A stretch of 51,644 nucleotides of DNA. Source: Candidatus Parcubacteria bacterium (lineage in GTDB: Bacteria > Patescibacteriota > Patescibacteriia > UBA1558 > GWA2-36-10). The translations under genes and the position numbers were made by a program. The stretch covers positions 1 through 51,644 of the forward strand of contig JABJNO010000023.1 in NCBI GenBank assembly GCA_018664825.1, read 5' to 3'. This document shows positions 8,088 through 16,960 of the stretch, one piece after another. The notes under the pieces are model-generated. The model was not told the DNA's origin and searched no databases. It saw only the letters and a program-made list of their open reading frames with translations. How positions within the stretch are numbered: position 1 is the first letter of the stretch; the number at the start of each line of letters is the position of its first letter.

Positions 8088-10676
8088 TTAGGCTGCTATT
8101 TCATCTGCTTGATCAAAGTTTACAGACAACAATTTGGACACTCTATCATCTCCCATTGTCACTCCATAAATAATCTTGGCTTTATGCATAGTTGCTCTAT
8201 TATGAGTAATGGCTATAAACTGAGTTTTGTCTGACAACTCATCCAAAATTTCTACAAAACGTACTGAATTAGCCTCATCTAGGGCTGCATCTACTTCATC
8301 AAGTACTACAAATGGAGATGGATTGTTGGCAATAATGGCGCAGATTAGAGCGATAGAGGTCAAGGCTTTTTCACCACCCGAAAGCATATTGATACTAGAC
8401 AATCTTTTTCCTGGAGGAGTAGCTTTGATATCAATGCCGTATTCTTTTTTAATTACTTTCTTTTTTATTGGTTTCTCTTGTTCCTCATCATCCCCTTCTT
8501 CTTCGTCACCTTCATCACTTTCTTCCTCTTCTTCAAAAACTTCTTTGATATTCAAAATCAATTCTGCTTTACCACCACTAAATAATTTTTTGAAATACTT
8601 GTCAAAAAGTTTATTGATACTTTGAAAAGATTTGTTAAACTGATCAGAAATTGATTCATCCAAATCTTTGATTATTTTTTCTAAATGCTTGATAGCTTCA
8701 TTCAAATCAGTTGTTTGCTCATTCAAAAAATTGTACCTTTCTGAAACTTCTTTATATTCTTCCAAAACCAACTCATCTATACCACCTATAATGCTAAGTT
8801 GATTTTTTAAATTCAAAATTTTATCCTTGGTGGCTGACAAATCTATATTGGAAACTTTTTTGACTTGCAAATCAGAAATTTCTTCGTTGATTTCTTTTAT
8901 CAATTCTTCCCATCTAGTTTCCAGTCTAGCCAATCCTACCTTTACTTCGTTTAGTTGATTGTTTTTTTGATTGAAGTCTTCCTGAACCTGCCTGAATTCT
9001 TTTTGAGATTTTACTAGAGATTGTTTTTTAGCTTCTTCTTGTCTATTAAAATCTTTTATTTTGTTTTCTATCTCTTCGATGTCTTTATTATGTTTTTCTA
9101 CCTTAGCTTGCAATTGACTGAGTTGATCTTTTATTCCTGAATCCTCTCCTTGTTTACCCAACAAGCTTTGTTGATCTGCCTCTAGCTTGTTTAGCTCATG
9201 AGTATCTTCTTCGATGTCTTTTTTTAGTTTATCGACTTCGCTACGAACAATGGCTGTGCTAGTACGAGCATCTCCAATTTCTGATACCAGTGTATCCTTG
9301 GTCATCAAAAGCTTGTTAAACTCACCCTGCCAATGCCCTCTATTATCTTCTTTTGATACTTTTACTTTGTTCCAAAGTTTTGAAAGAACCTCGGTCAAAC
9401 TCTTTGCTTTTTGACGTAAACTATCTATTTTTTCTAGGCTTTCCAGTCTTTCAAGACTTTCTTGTAGTTCCCTTTGTTGTTTTAGTATGTTATTCAAAGC
9501 CGTTGAGATGTCTTCACTAGACAAATCTTGCGGTGGATTCAAAAGTTTTTCTTCTAGTTTTTTGAACTCTGCCAAAATCTTTTCTCTTTTTTCTTCCAAA
9601 GATGCAAACTCTTCTTTTGCTTGAGATAGTTGCTGTTGTTTTTCTGATAAAATTATTTTGTTTCTACTAAGGGTATTCTTGAGACTAGTCATCCTGTCTT
9701 TGAGCCAAACAATATCTGCTTGACCAGTTTTCATCAATTGCAAATCTGCCTTTCCTTCCAAAATTGTTTTTTCTTTTACGATGCTATTGAGCTCACTTTG
9801 AGCTTGTTGAAGTTTTTGTTGAAGCAAATCAAAGCTATCTTGCCGAGAAGATCCTCTTTCTTCTTTTTCTAGATTGGTTTGTAGCTCTACCAACTTTTGA
9901 TTTAGACTTGAAACTTGTTTTTGTAATCCATCAAAGCTATGACGACTGGTTTGTAAGTCTTTGTCTAGATTATTTTTTTGAAAACTATAATATTCTGTTT
10001 GTAAGTCTTTTAATTCTGTTTCTATTTTTTCACGACGCTCAAGTTTTTTTACTTGCCTAGTCAAACTACGTAACCTTGGCTCAAGCTCAGTCAAAATCTG
10101 GCCAGTTGCTTCCAAATTCTTTTTTGTACCCTCTAGTTTGTTGAGCGACTGATTTTTTTTGATTTGAAATTGCCTCACACCAGTAGCTTCATCAAAAAAA
10201 TCTTTTCTCTCGGGCCCTGAAGCGGTCAGTATAGAATCGATCATACCCTGCCCAATCACACTATAAGTCCTTTGACCAAAATTTGCTTTAGCCAAAAGTA
10301 GCTGAACGTCCAATAATCTTACTTTGTTGTTATTTATAAAATATTCTCCCTCACCATTTCTATCTACTTTACGAGAAATTATTACTTGCTCATAATCAAT
10401 GTCTGCGGTTTTGTCACTATTGTTCAAATAAAGGTCCACTTGAGCAAAACCCAAACGAGCCTTTTTGTCTGATCCAGAAAAAATAACATCCTCGGCTTTT
10501 TTACCACGAAGAGTTTTGGTACTTTGTTCTCCTGTCACCCAACGGATAGCGTCGGCTGCATTTGATTTACCAGAACCATTTGGACCAACTATAGCTGTCA
10601 TCTCACGATTAAAAACCAACTCCAATGGGTTGGCAAATGATTTGAATCCTTGAATTTCTAGTTTTTCTAAATACAT
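8088..10676 (-). CDS. smc: SMC chromosome segregation ATPase (862 aa, no recognisable hinge)
   Basis: Walker A GPNGSGKS, signature LSGGEK, Walker B/D-loop LDEVDAALD, coiled coil between. Confidence 0.93.
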   Translation of the reverse strand: MYLEKLEIQGFKSFANPLELVFNREMTAIVGPNGSGKSNAADAIRWVTGEQSTKTLRGKKAEDVIFSGSDKKARLGFAQVDLYLNNSDKTADIDYEQVIISRKVDRNGEGEYFINNNKVRLLDVQLLLAKANFGQRTYSVIGQGMIDSILTASGPERKDFFDEATGVRQFQIKKNQSLNKLEGTKKNLEATGQILTELEPRLRSLTRQVKKLERREKIETELKDLQTEYYSFQKNNLDKDLQTSRHSFDGLQKQVSSLNQKLVELQTNLEKEERGSSRQDSFDLLQQKLQQAQSELNSIVKEKTILEGKADLQLMKTGQADIVWLKDRMTSLKNTLSRNKIILSEKQQQLSQAKEEFASLEEKREKILAEFKKLEEKLLNPPQDLSSEDISTALNNILKQQRELQESLERLESLEKIDSLRQKAKSLTEVLSKLWNKVKVSKEDNRGHWQGEFNKLLMTKDTLVSEIGDARTSTAIVRSEVDKLKKDIEEDTHELNKLEADQQSLLGKQGEDSGIKDQLSQLQAKVEKHNKDIEEIENKIKDFNRQEEAKKQSLVKSQKEFRQVQEDFNQKNNQLNEVKVGLARLETRWEELIKEINEEISDLQVKKVSNIDLSATKDKILNLKNQLSIIGGIDELVLEEYKEVSERYNFLNEQTTDLNEAIKHLEKIIKDLDESISDQFNKSFQSINKLFDKYFKKLFSGGKAELILNIKEVFEEEEESDEGDEEEGDDEEQEKPIKKKVIKKEYGIDIKATPPGKRLSSINMLSGGEKALTSIALICAIIANNPSPFVVLDEVDAALDEANSVRFVEILDELSDKTQFIAITHNRATMHKAKIIYGVTMGDDRVSKLLSVNFDQADEIAA

Positions 10677-10828
10677 TGAAATAAAAATATGTCCTTAAAA
10701 GACGGTATTATTTTACCATATTTTACAATTAAAATAAACTATAATCATTGACAAAATAGCAAAAAGATGTTAAATTATATTGTTTTTATTGAACCTTACA
10801 AACCCTTTCCAAAATAGGAGGTGCCACT

Positions 10829-11458
10829 GTGAACTTTATAGAATTTCAAAATTGGGGCTTAAACGCCTTAACAGTCGGTGCAATCGGCACCATAATTTTT
10901 ACCTTTGTAGAGACCTGGGGACTCTGGCAACAAAACAAAACCATCTGGAAGTTTGAATCTGGTCAATCCATTTCTATTGTTTACTTTGCTTATGCTACTG
11001 GCGTATTTATGTCTGTTCTCATCTATGGCATTGCCGAGCATAGCTTAGCTATGATTATCAATGGATTTTTCCTGACCTTGTTTCACTTGCCTATCCTGAT
11101 AGGACTTTGGAAATTTGAAAGTTTCTCTACTTGGGACAAGCGGATATGCGTTGGCATTATTGCCTACATGATCCTTATGTCTCTGGTACCCTTCAAGGAT
11201 ATCTTGTTTATGATATTCTCTTTCACCAATGTCCTCTTTACCTGCACCCAACCTTGGAAAATTTGGCGCGAGAAAGACGCTGGTGCTGTTGAGATCAAAT
11301 TGATCTTTACTTATCTGGCCAATACGTTCTTCTGGATTGCCTATGCCTACACCATTCATGATTGGGTATTGCAGATTATCTGCCCTTGTTACTTTGTACT
11401 TTCTGCTCTTATCATCGTATTGTGGTTCAAATACCGCAATCCAGCTTTCCGAAGCTAA
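10829..11458 (+). CDS. 7-TM PQ-loop/SWEET-like membrane transporter (GTG start)
   Basis: Two SemiSWEET-like units (QQNKTIWKFESGQSIS and TQPWKIWREKDAGAVE); SD AGGAGG; promoter TTGACA(10748)-17-TAAATT. Confidence 0.65.
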   Translation: MNFIEFQNWGLNALTVGAIGTIIFTFVETWGLWQQNKTIWKFESGQSISIVYFAYATGVFMSVLIYGIAEHSLAMIINGFFLTLFHLPILIGLWKFESFSTWDKRICVGIIAYMILMSLVPFKDILFMIFSFTNVLFTCTQPWKIWREKDAGAVEIKLIFTYLANTFFWIAYAYTIHDWVLQIICPCYFVLSALIIVLWFKYRNPAFRS

Positions 11459-11459
11459 A

Positions 11460-11497
11460 TAAAAAGGACCTAGATTTCTCTAGGTCCTTTTCTTTTT
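11460..11497. terminator. Bidirectional terminator between the two PQ-loop-like genes
   Basis: AAAAGGACCTAGA/TCTAGGTCCTTTT inverted repeat. Confidence 0.85.
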
Positions 11498-12135
11498 CAA
11501 GAAGTTGCCGATTTCAATGACCGAGCACGAATATACAGTATGTACATCATGGTCGACTCAATAATGAAAAAGACAATAGGTTGGCCAGCGTGAGCTGTAT
11601 CCCAAATAGTGGTTCCTAGAAGTCCGAAGACACAGGAGAGCCAGAACAAAGTCCAGGCAAACTTGTCTTCCCGACTAGGATCTTTCCAGGCATGGGAAAA
11701 AGTAGGAAAAGCTCCCACAAAGAGTAATATCAAACTGATATAAATACTCAAAAGTGGATTGATAGCTAAAATAATAAAGCCAATTGCGGCTCCAGCTATG
11801 CAAAACTTTTCCAAGGTTGTCCAACCAGGTGCTCCGTACTTAAACGAAAAGAAAACGGTGGTTGTAGCACAGATTACAGCTGCGCCAATCATGTAGTTGA
11901 GTGAACCTTTCATTAGCATCCCTGCAAAAGCGACGATGTCCAGAGATGCCCAGACAATCCAACTAGCCTTGGAAGGCTTGGTTTCGCCTTTTACGATAGC
12001 AATAAAGTAGGGAATAAAGGCGAGAATTAGTATAACTCCAGCCAATAATGCACAAACTTTTTGCCACCCAATAAAAGGAGCACTTACAACGGCGGTAGCC
12101 ATTATAAACATTAACGCGCGTTTCAACCATTTCAT
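11497..12135 (-). CDS. Multi-pass membrane protein with two PQ-loop-like repeats
   Basis: Repeats AFIPYFIAIVKGETKPSKASW and AFPTFSHAWKDPSREDKFAW; SD AGGAGG; perfect promoter TTGACA(12232-12227)-17-TATAAT. Confidence 0.6.
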   Translation of the reverse strand: MKWLKRALMFIMATAVVSAPFIGWQKVCALLAGVILILAFIPYFIAIVKGETKPSKASWIVWASLDIVAFAGMLMKGSLNYMIGAAVICATTTVFFSFKYGAPGWTTLEKFCIAGAAIGFIILAINPLLSIYISLILLFVGAFPTFSHAWKDPSREDKFAWTLFWLSCVFGLLGTTIWDTAHAGQPIVFFIIESTMMYILYIRARSLKSATS

Positions 12136-12242
12136 GACTTTCCTCCTATTTTTGAAGCTTTTTCAAGCGTTTCAATGACAATGTACTTATTTAAGAATAT
12201 ATAATTATAGCATAAAAATACTAAAATGTCAATGATAATAAG

Positions 12243-12377
12243 AAAAAAGCCCCCTCTTCCAATAGTGGGCTTCTGACAGAACGACCTTTTGGGTAACGGC
12301 AATCACATGGATTAACCAGGACGAGCATGGCGGAAGCAAATTTTGGAAGAGGGGGCAATGTTTAATGTACGATTGAG
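12243..12377 (-). ncRNA. Candidate small RNA A (14-bp closing stem plus U-tract)
   Basis: Promoter TTGACA(12412-12407)-17-TAGTAT; boxA-like 12371-12360; perfect inverted repeat 12343-12356/12249-12262 followed by U6; no SD-led ORF. Confidence 0.55.
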
Positions 12378-12413
12378 AAACTCATACTACTATAACAAAA
12401 GTCAATTGTCAAT

Positions 12414-12612
12414 AAAAAAACCACCCTCTAAGCAGTTTTTTATTGAAAAAGCTGGCAAAGAGGGTGGGGCGAGAAAGTAGGTCGTTGTAAGATGTTGAGT
12501 TTCCACTCTGCGGTGTTTTGGAGGTGTCCAAATAAAAAATGTGGGGGAAAGCTTTGGCGCGACTCAAAGACAAACAACAGAGCTTACAACGACCATTTCA
12601 AAGATCTATATA
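12414..12612 (-). ncRNA. Candidate small RNA B (12-bp closing stem, irregular rod, terminator)
   Basis: boxA-like AGATCTTTGAAA (12607-12596); GGTCGTTGTAAG/CTTACAACGACC at 12583-12594 and 12480-12491; terminator 12421-12467 plus U-tract. Confidence 0.6.
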
Positions 12613-12632
12613 TATATTAGCAAAATTTTGTA

Positions 12633-12775
12633 TAAAATAAAACCCCCTATATTTCTATAGGGGGTGTTGGGGAGCAGGCGCACGGCACGGGCATGGGAAA
12701 TTGACACAAAAGGAGTCAGCAGGAGAGGGTGCGATTGAACCGCCAAGTTTAGAAAGTATGAAAGTACTCTGATAT
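12633..12775 (-). ncRNA. Candidate small RNA C (C/U-rich, terminator-ended)
   Basis: Promoter TTGACA(12810-12805)-17-TAAAAT; boxA-like AGTACTTTCATA; terminator CCCCCTATA/TATAGGGGG at 12643-12664. Confidence 0.5.
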
Positions 12776-12813
12776 GTCTATATTTTATCAAATAAAAAAA
12801 GTGGTGTCAAATT

Positions 12814-13506
12814 TTACCACTTCTTTATTTCTAATCCTTTGGTTGCTGCTGCTGTTTGAGCTTCTTGCTTACTATAGCCATCTCCTTCAGCTACCAAGTC
12901 TTTATCCAAATATACTCCTACTATAAATTTTTTGTTATGATCTGGGCCCGACTCCGACGATACCTTATAGCGCGGGGTAATCCCACTCATCTCTTGGGCT
13001 CTTTCTTGAAACATGCTCTTGGCATCTATATATGACTTGTCTTTGATTATCTTTTCTAGATGAACCACTAGGTTGTTTTCTATAAATTGTCTAGTTATTT
13101 CATAACCTCTATCCAAATAGATGGCCCCAACTACAGCCTCAAAGGCATTGGCCAAAATATACTGACGAGCTTTTTTGTTGTTGTCTTTTGATTCACCTTT
13201 ACTCAAATACATAAAATCGTAAATACCCAAATCCTCTGAAATAGAAGCTAGTCTCTCGCCATTTACTAGACTTGATCTCCAGTTGGTCAATATTCCTTCT
13301 GGTTTATCATAGTTTTTATAAAGATAATCAGTCACCACCAACTCCAATACAGCATCACCAAGAAACTCCATTCGTTCATTTTGATCCAAGCTAAAATCTT
13401 TGTGCTCATTCAAATAAGAACGATGCACAAGGGCTGTCTTCAAAAAATTTGTATCTTTAAATTTTACGTCTATTCTTTTTTCTAGTTCGCTGAGAGTTTT
13501 TTTCAT
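12814..13506 (-). CDS. rnc: Ribonuclease III
   Basis: NERMEFLGDAVL signature, ANAFEAVVGAIYLD, C-terminal dsRBD. Confidence 0.98.
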   Translation of the reverse strand: MKKTLSELEKRIDVKFKDTNFLKTALVHRSYLNEHKDFSLDQNERMEFLGDAVLELVVTDYLYKNYDKPEGILTNWRSSLVNGERLASISEDLGIYDFMYLSKGESKDNNKKARQYILANAFEAVVGAIYLDRGYEITRQFIENNLVVHLEKIIKDKSYIDAKSMFQERAQEMSGITPRYKVSSESGPDHNKKFIVGVYLDKDLVAEGDGYSKQEAQTAAATKGLEIKKW

Positions 13507-13507
13507 C

Positions 13508-14371
13508 TTATTTTATACCCAATTTATCCAGGCCAGTGTTAAATATTTCTTTGGCATTTTCATAGCCCAAAATATCCAATGCCTCTTGTTTTGTAAACCA
13601 TTTTACATCTTTTAGTTCTTTTACTTTTGGTACTATAATTTTTGTATCCTCAGTTTCAATCAAAAAATATTTTATCAACTTTCTGTATGGCTTTTCATTT
13701 GGTTTATGAACTTTGACCGTAGTCTCTCCTAGATATTCTCTAGGATCCAAATTTTCTAGACCAGTTTCTTCTTGTAATTCACGAACAGCTGTTTCTTCTA
13801 ATTTTTCCCCTTCTTCAACTCCCCCTTTTGGAAAAGTCCATTTGTCATAAGCATCCAAAACAAGTACAAAATGAAAGCCGTCATCTTCTTGGCGATAAAT
13901 CATACCACCAGCAGAGACCTCTTTTATTCCTTGGCTGGACATAGATTGTTTTTCTCCATTTTTGACCATCTCTTTGTAGATGCTACCCAATACTCCGTTG
14001 ACAAATTTTCCACTAGAATCTCCTCCATAAGCCTTGGCTAATTCAATAGCTTCGTTGATGGCTACCTTTGGTGGAATCTCTGGATCAAATTTTAATTCAT
14101 AAATTCCCATACGCAAAACATTGCGGTCAGTCATAGTAATCTGATCAAGTGGCCACTCAGGAGCAAATTGAGTAATAATTTTATCAATTTCTTCTTGTTT
14201 TTTGATTACTGCCTCTGCCAAATGCAAAGAAAAATCCTGATCATCAAAATCAGGAGCAAATTCTTTTTTGTTGTGCTCTACAACTTTTTTAATTTTACGC
14301 TTACCATTGTTAAAATCCCACTCAAAAAGAGACTGCAAGACAATATTACGCGCTAAATGTCGATTTGCCAT
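13508..14371 (-). CDS. nusB: Transcription antitermination factor NusB fused to a C-terminal Nudix hydrolase
   Basis: N-half: RNIVLQSLFEWDF, DRNVLRMGIYEL, INEAIELAKAYG, FVNGVLG. C-half: intact Nudix box GGVEEGEKLEETAVRELQEETGL. Confidence 0.95.
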   Translation of the reverse strand: MANRHLARNIVLQSLFEWDFNNGKRKIKKVVEHNKKEFAPDFDDQDFSLHLAEAVIKKQEEIDKIITQFAPEWPLDQITMTDRNVLRMGIYELKFDPEIPPKVAINEAIELAKAYGGDSSGKFVNGVLGSIYKEMVKNGEKQSMSSQGIKEVSAGGMIYRQEDDGFHFVLVLDAYDKWTFPKGGVEEGEKLEETAVRELQEETGLENLDPREYLGETTVKVHKPNEKPYRKLIKYFLIETEDTKIIVPKVKELKDVKWFTKQEALDILGYENAKEIFNTGLDKLGIK

Positions 14372-14379
14372 TTATATTT

Positions 14380-14550
14380 TTATTTTAATTTTTTCTCGCC
14401 TTTATAGTAACCACATTTTGCACAAGCACGATGTGGCAATAAAGTAACTCCACAATTAGAACATTTTACAGTACTTTTACCTTTTATTGCGAAATGAGAA
14501 CCATGTCTTCTGCTGGCTGCTTTAGTCTTTCTTTTCTTTGGTACGGACAT
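14380..14550 (-). CDS. rpmF: 50S ribosomal protein L32 (56 aa, not in ORF track)
   Basis: Hand translation MSVPKKRKTKAASRRHGSHFAIKGKSTVKCSNCGVTLLPHRACAKCGYYKGEKKLK, with Cys zinc ribbon. Confidence 0.97.
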   Translation of the reverse strand: MSVPKKRKTKAASRRHGSHFAIKGKSTVKCSNCGVTLLPHRACAKCGYYKGEKKLK

Positions 14551-14710
14551 AAAAAACTTTCAATTAATCTATTATTAGTGTTTAAGGATAATACCTTAAA
14601 ACGCTTTTACGGTCAAGCCTATATTACTAAGAAAATACCGTAAAACTGTTATTATTATACCAAAAACAGCAGACCTTGACAATGTTTGTTTTTTATGATA
14701 GTATAATAAG

Positions 14711-14875
14711 TCCAGTACCTACTATGTTTTCAGCTAACTGTGTCCACGACAAGCATGGGGATCCTTTCTCCGATAAAATTAGGCTCAGGCTTAATTTTTT
14801 CAAGAAATGATTTTCTTGGGCACAGTTAATTGGAAGCATAAAAAAACCCAGACCTCTGTCTGGGATTTTTGTTTT
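14711..14875 (+). ncRNA. Candidate small RNA D (about 18-bp closing stem, multibranch, terminator)
   Basis: Promoter TTGACA(14676)-17-TAGTAT; arms 14729-14746/14817-14835; inner hairpin AAAATTAGGC/GCTTAATTTT; terminator CCCAGAC/GTCTGGG plus T-tract. Confidence 0.55.
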
Positions 14876-16736
14876 ATTCAATTTCATCTGGCGTTGTCGT
14901 GGCATTTCCTTCTTGCTCTGCCGCAAGCTCCTCTTCGGTCACTCCTACCAGACATACTTCTTGCCAAGGAATATAATGACTATAAAAAGTTATCTCTCTT
15001 GGTTCCTCTTCATCAGGATATTGAACCATATAATCAAATTTGGCATCTGCTCCATTGTGAGCTCTCTCTGTACACCTTATCTTACCGGGCTCAAGGTCGG
15101 TTGTTTTTATTTCTTTTCTAGCTGGCGGAGAAACTATGTTGTATATAATTGGTGAGGTGGTAGATACTGTTCTACCGTCCGATGTACCCCAATAATCAAA
15201 ATAAATTTTTGTATCCTCTATTCTGGTTTGTAACAATATGTAATTTTCCGTATCATTCAGAAATTTGAAATCAGGCCAAGGACTATAAATAGTAGCATCT
15301 GTACCAGCTGGCTCATAATAAGAAACACGATAAGAATGATTTCGTCTTTCGGTAATCTCTAAGCCACTAGCCAACGCTCCTCTAAATACAGTTGTACCTA
15401 TCTGACACAATCCTCCTCCATATTCAGGAATTGTCTTATTTCCCTTGATCACTAGTTCTTGGAGATAACCAGCTTCACCGTCTATATCCCCCAAAGAGCC
15501 AACTAGAGAAAACTCTTCTCCAGGAGCTATCAAAAGTCCATTTAGTGTATCGGCTCCAAGAGTTATATTGTGGACGCGATTTGATGGGCTACCAGAAAAA
15601 TCAGATTCACCCGTACCTATTATCTCCGTTATTCCCAAATCATTTACATCTTGAGTAGCTACCCTTGGTTGTTCTATTATCACTGCCAATTCTACTTCCA
15701 GCTCACCTGATTCAGCCAAGGCTATTCTTATTTTGTTCAAAGAAACTTCTACATCTATCTTGCGCCCTGCCTGACTATTACTAAACTCTGTTACTCTGTT
15801 ATTTTCTAGAGAAAATTTTGCATCTTGAACTTCTACTTCTATATCTCCTTTGATATTTGCCGTTTCCAAATATTCTACAAATTTTTGTTTTTCAAGACTT
15901 ATAAAAAAATTACCTTTATTGTCCTGTACCCTTAGCCACTGCCTCCATGTTTCGTTTGCTACAAACCAATCACTAGTCTCAAAAGTAAGATACAAACCTC
16001 CTAGGTTTTTCATACCCAAAATATCAGTCTCCATAGATTTGATAGTAGCGGCGGTTATTATTGGCTTATCTTCGATAACTCCCAATTTTATATCTCCGGT
16101 AATTAATTTTTCTATTTGATCTTTAGTTTCAGCCAAAGCTTTATCATAATCAAAGGTTTGGCCAACCTTTTCTGGAATTATTTTTAGATTTTCACCAGCA
16201 AACTCAAAACTAGCTTCTGTTTTTTCTGTAAGCAAATCACTAAAGCTAGATTGTAAAATATCTAGATGTTGTTTCCTGTCCCAAGAATAAATAATAGGAA
16301 AATCAGAACCAAAAAGTAAAACCCTTACCTTACTCAGTAGGCCTCCTATACTTTTATTTTCTTGCAACTTCTGAGCCTGATAAAGACTCCTATCTACATC
16401 CCAATCAACCAAAACATAAGGACTGTCGGTAGACTCCATAGCTGAAAGATTTGGATAGATGATTATTGGCTTTTCTTTTGTGGTGTATACAAAGCCCCGT
16501 CTATTTATATAATCTATTTTTTTATCAACTGCTGATTTGGCATTTTCAAAATCCATACCACCAATCTCTACCCCCTGGATAGTGATGCCGGGCAAAAATG
16601 TTTCTTTGTATCTAAACTCCACATAAAAATGAACTCCAATCAACAAAATAAAACCAATAACAAAAACAGCCATTGTAATCAATGACCATTTAGTAGCAAG
16701 TACCGTCTTTATGTTAGAAATAATTTTCTTACTCAT
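14874..16736 (-). CDS. VanW family protein with N-terminal TM and peptidoglycan-binding-4-like region
   Basis: NRVHNI, GGGLCQIGTTVFR, ERRNHS, GTDATIY, DFKFLNDT VanW motifs. Confidence 0.9.
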   Translation of the reverse strand: MSKKIISNIKTVLATKWSLITMAVFVIGFILLIGVHFYVEFRYKETFLPGITIQGVEIGGMDFENAKSAVDKKIDYINRRGFVYTTKEKPIIIYPNLSAMESTDSPYVLVDWDVDRSLYQAQKLQENKSIGGLLSKVRVLLFGSDFPIIYSWDRKQHLDILQSSFSDLLTEKTEASFEFAGENLKIIPEKVGQTFDYDKALAETKDQIEKLITGDIKLGVIEDKPIITAATIKSMETDILGMKNLGGLYLTFETSDWFVANETWRQWLRVQDNKGNFFISLEKQKFVEYLETANIKGDIEVEVQDAKFSLENNRVTEFSNSQAGRKIDVEVSLNKIRIALAESGELEVELAVIIEQPRVATQDVNDLGITEIIGTGESDFSGSPSNRVHNITLGADTLNGLLIAPGEEFSLVGSLGDIDGEAGYLQELVIKGNKTIPEYGGGLCQIGTTVFRGALASGLEITERRNHSYRVSYYEPAGTDATIYSPWPDFKFLNDTENYILLQTRIEDTKIYFDYWGTSDGRTVSTTSPIIYNIVSPPARKEIKTTDLEPGKIRCTERAHNGADAKFDYMVQYPDEEEPREITFYSHYIPWQEVCLVGVTEEELAAEQEGNATTTPDEIE

Positions 16737-16959
16737 TTTTTTGGCTTGAATCTAAAAGTTCATTTAAAACTTCCTTTTGACTACTATCCGAAGACATGAT
16801 GATTTTTTCATCCAAAGATAAATAAAGTTTTTTACCCTTGTCTTTGTATTCATCTAGTAAAAACTCTGCCAGAGCTACTTCAGCGCCTGACCCTGTCTTT
16901 AGGATGACCTTGTCGCCCTCTTGTCGATCAAAAGATAATTCTAGGTTTTTAATTAACAT
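16729..16959 (-). CDS. Small hypothetical protein (76 aa)
   Basis: Tightly coupled between hsp20 and vanW (1-nt gap, 8-nt overlap); host-like composition. Confidence 0.7.
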   Translation of the reverse strand: MLIKNLELSFDRQEGDKVILKTGSGAEVALAEFLLDEYKDKGKKLYLSLDEKIIMSSDSSQKEVLNELLDSSQKNE

Positions 16960-16960
16960 A

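Noticed and set aside
12606-12791. 61-aa minus ORF
   Set aside because: Starts inside a promoter, runs through a terminator and has no SD; the region fits RNA units B/C better.
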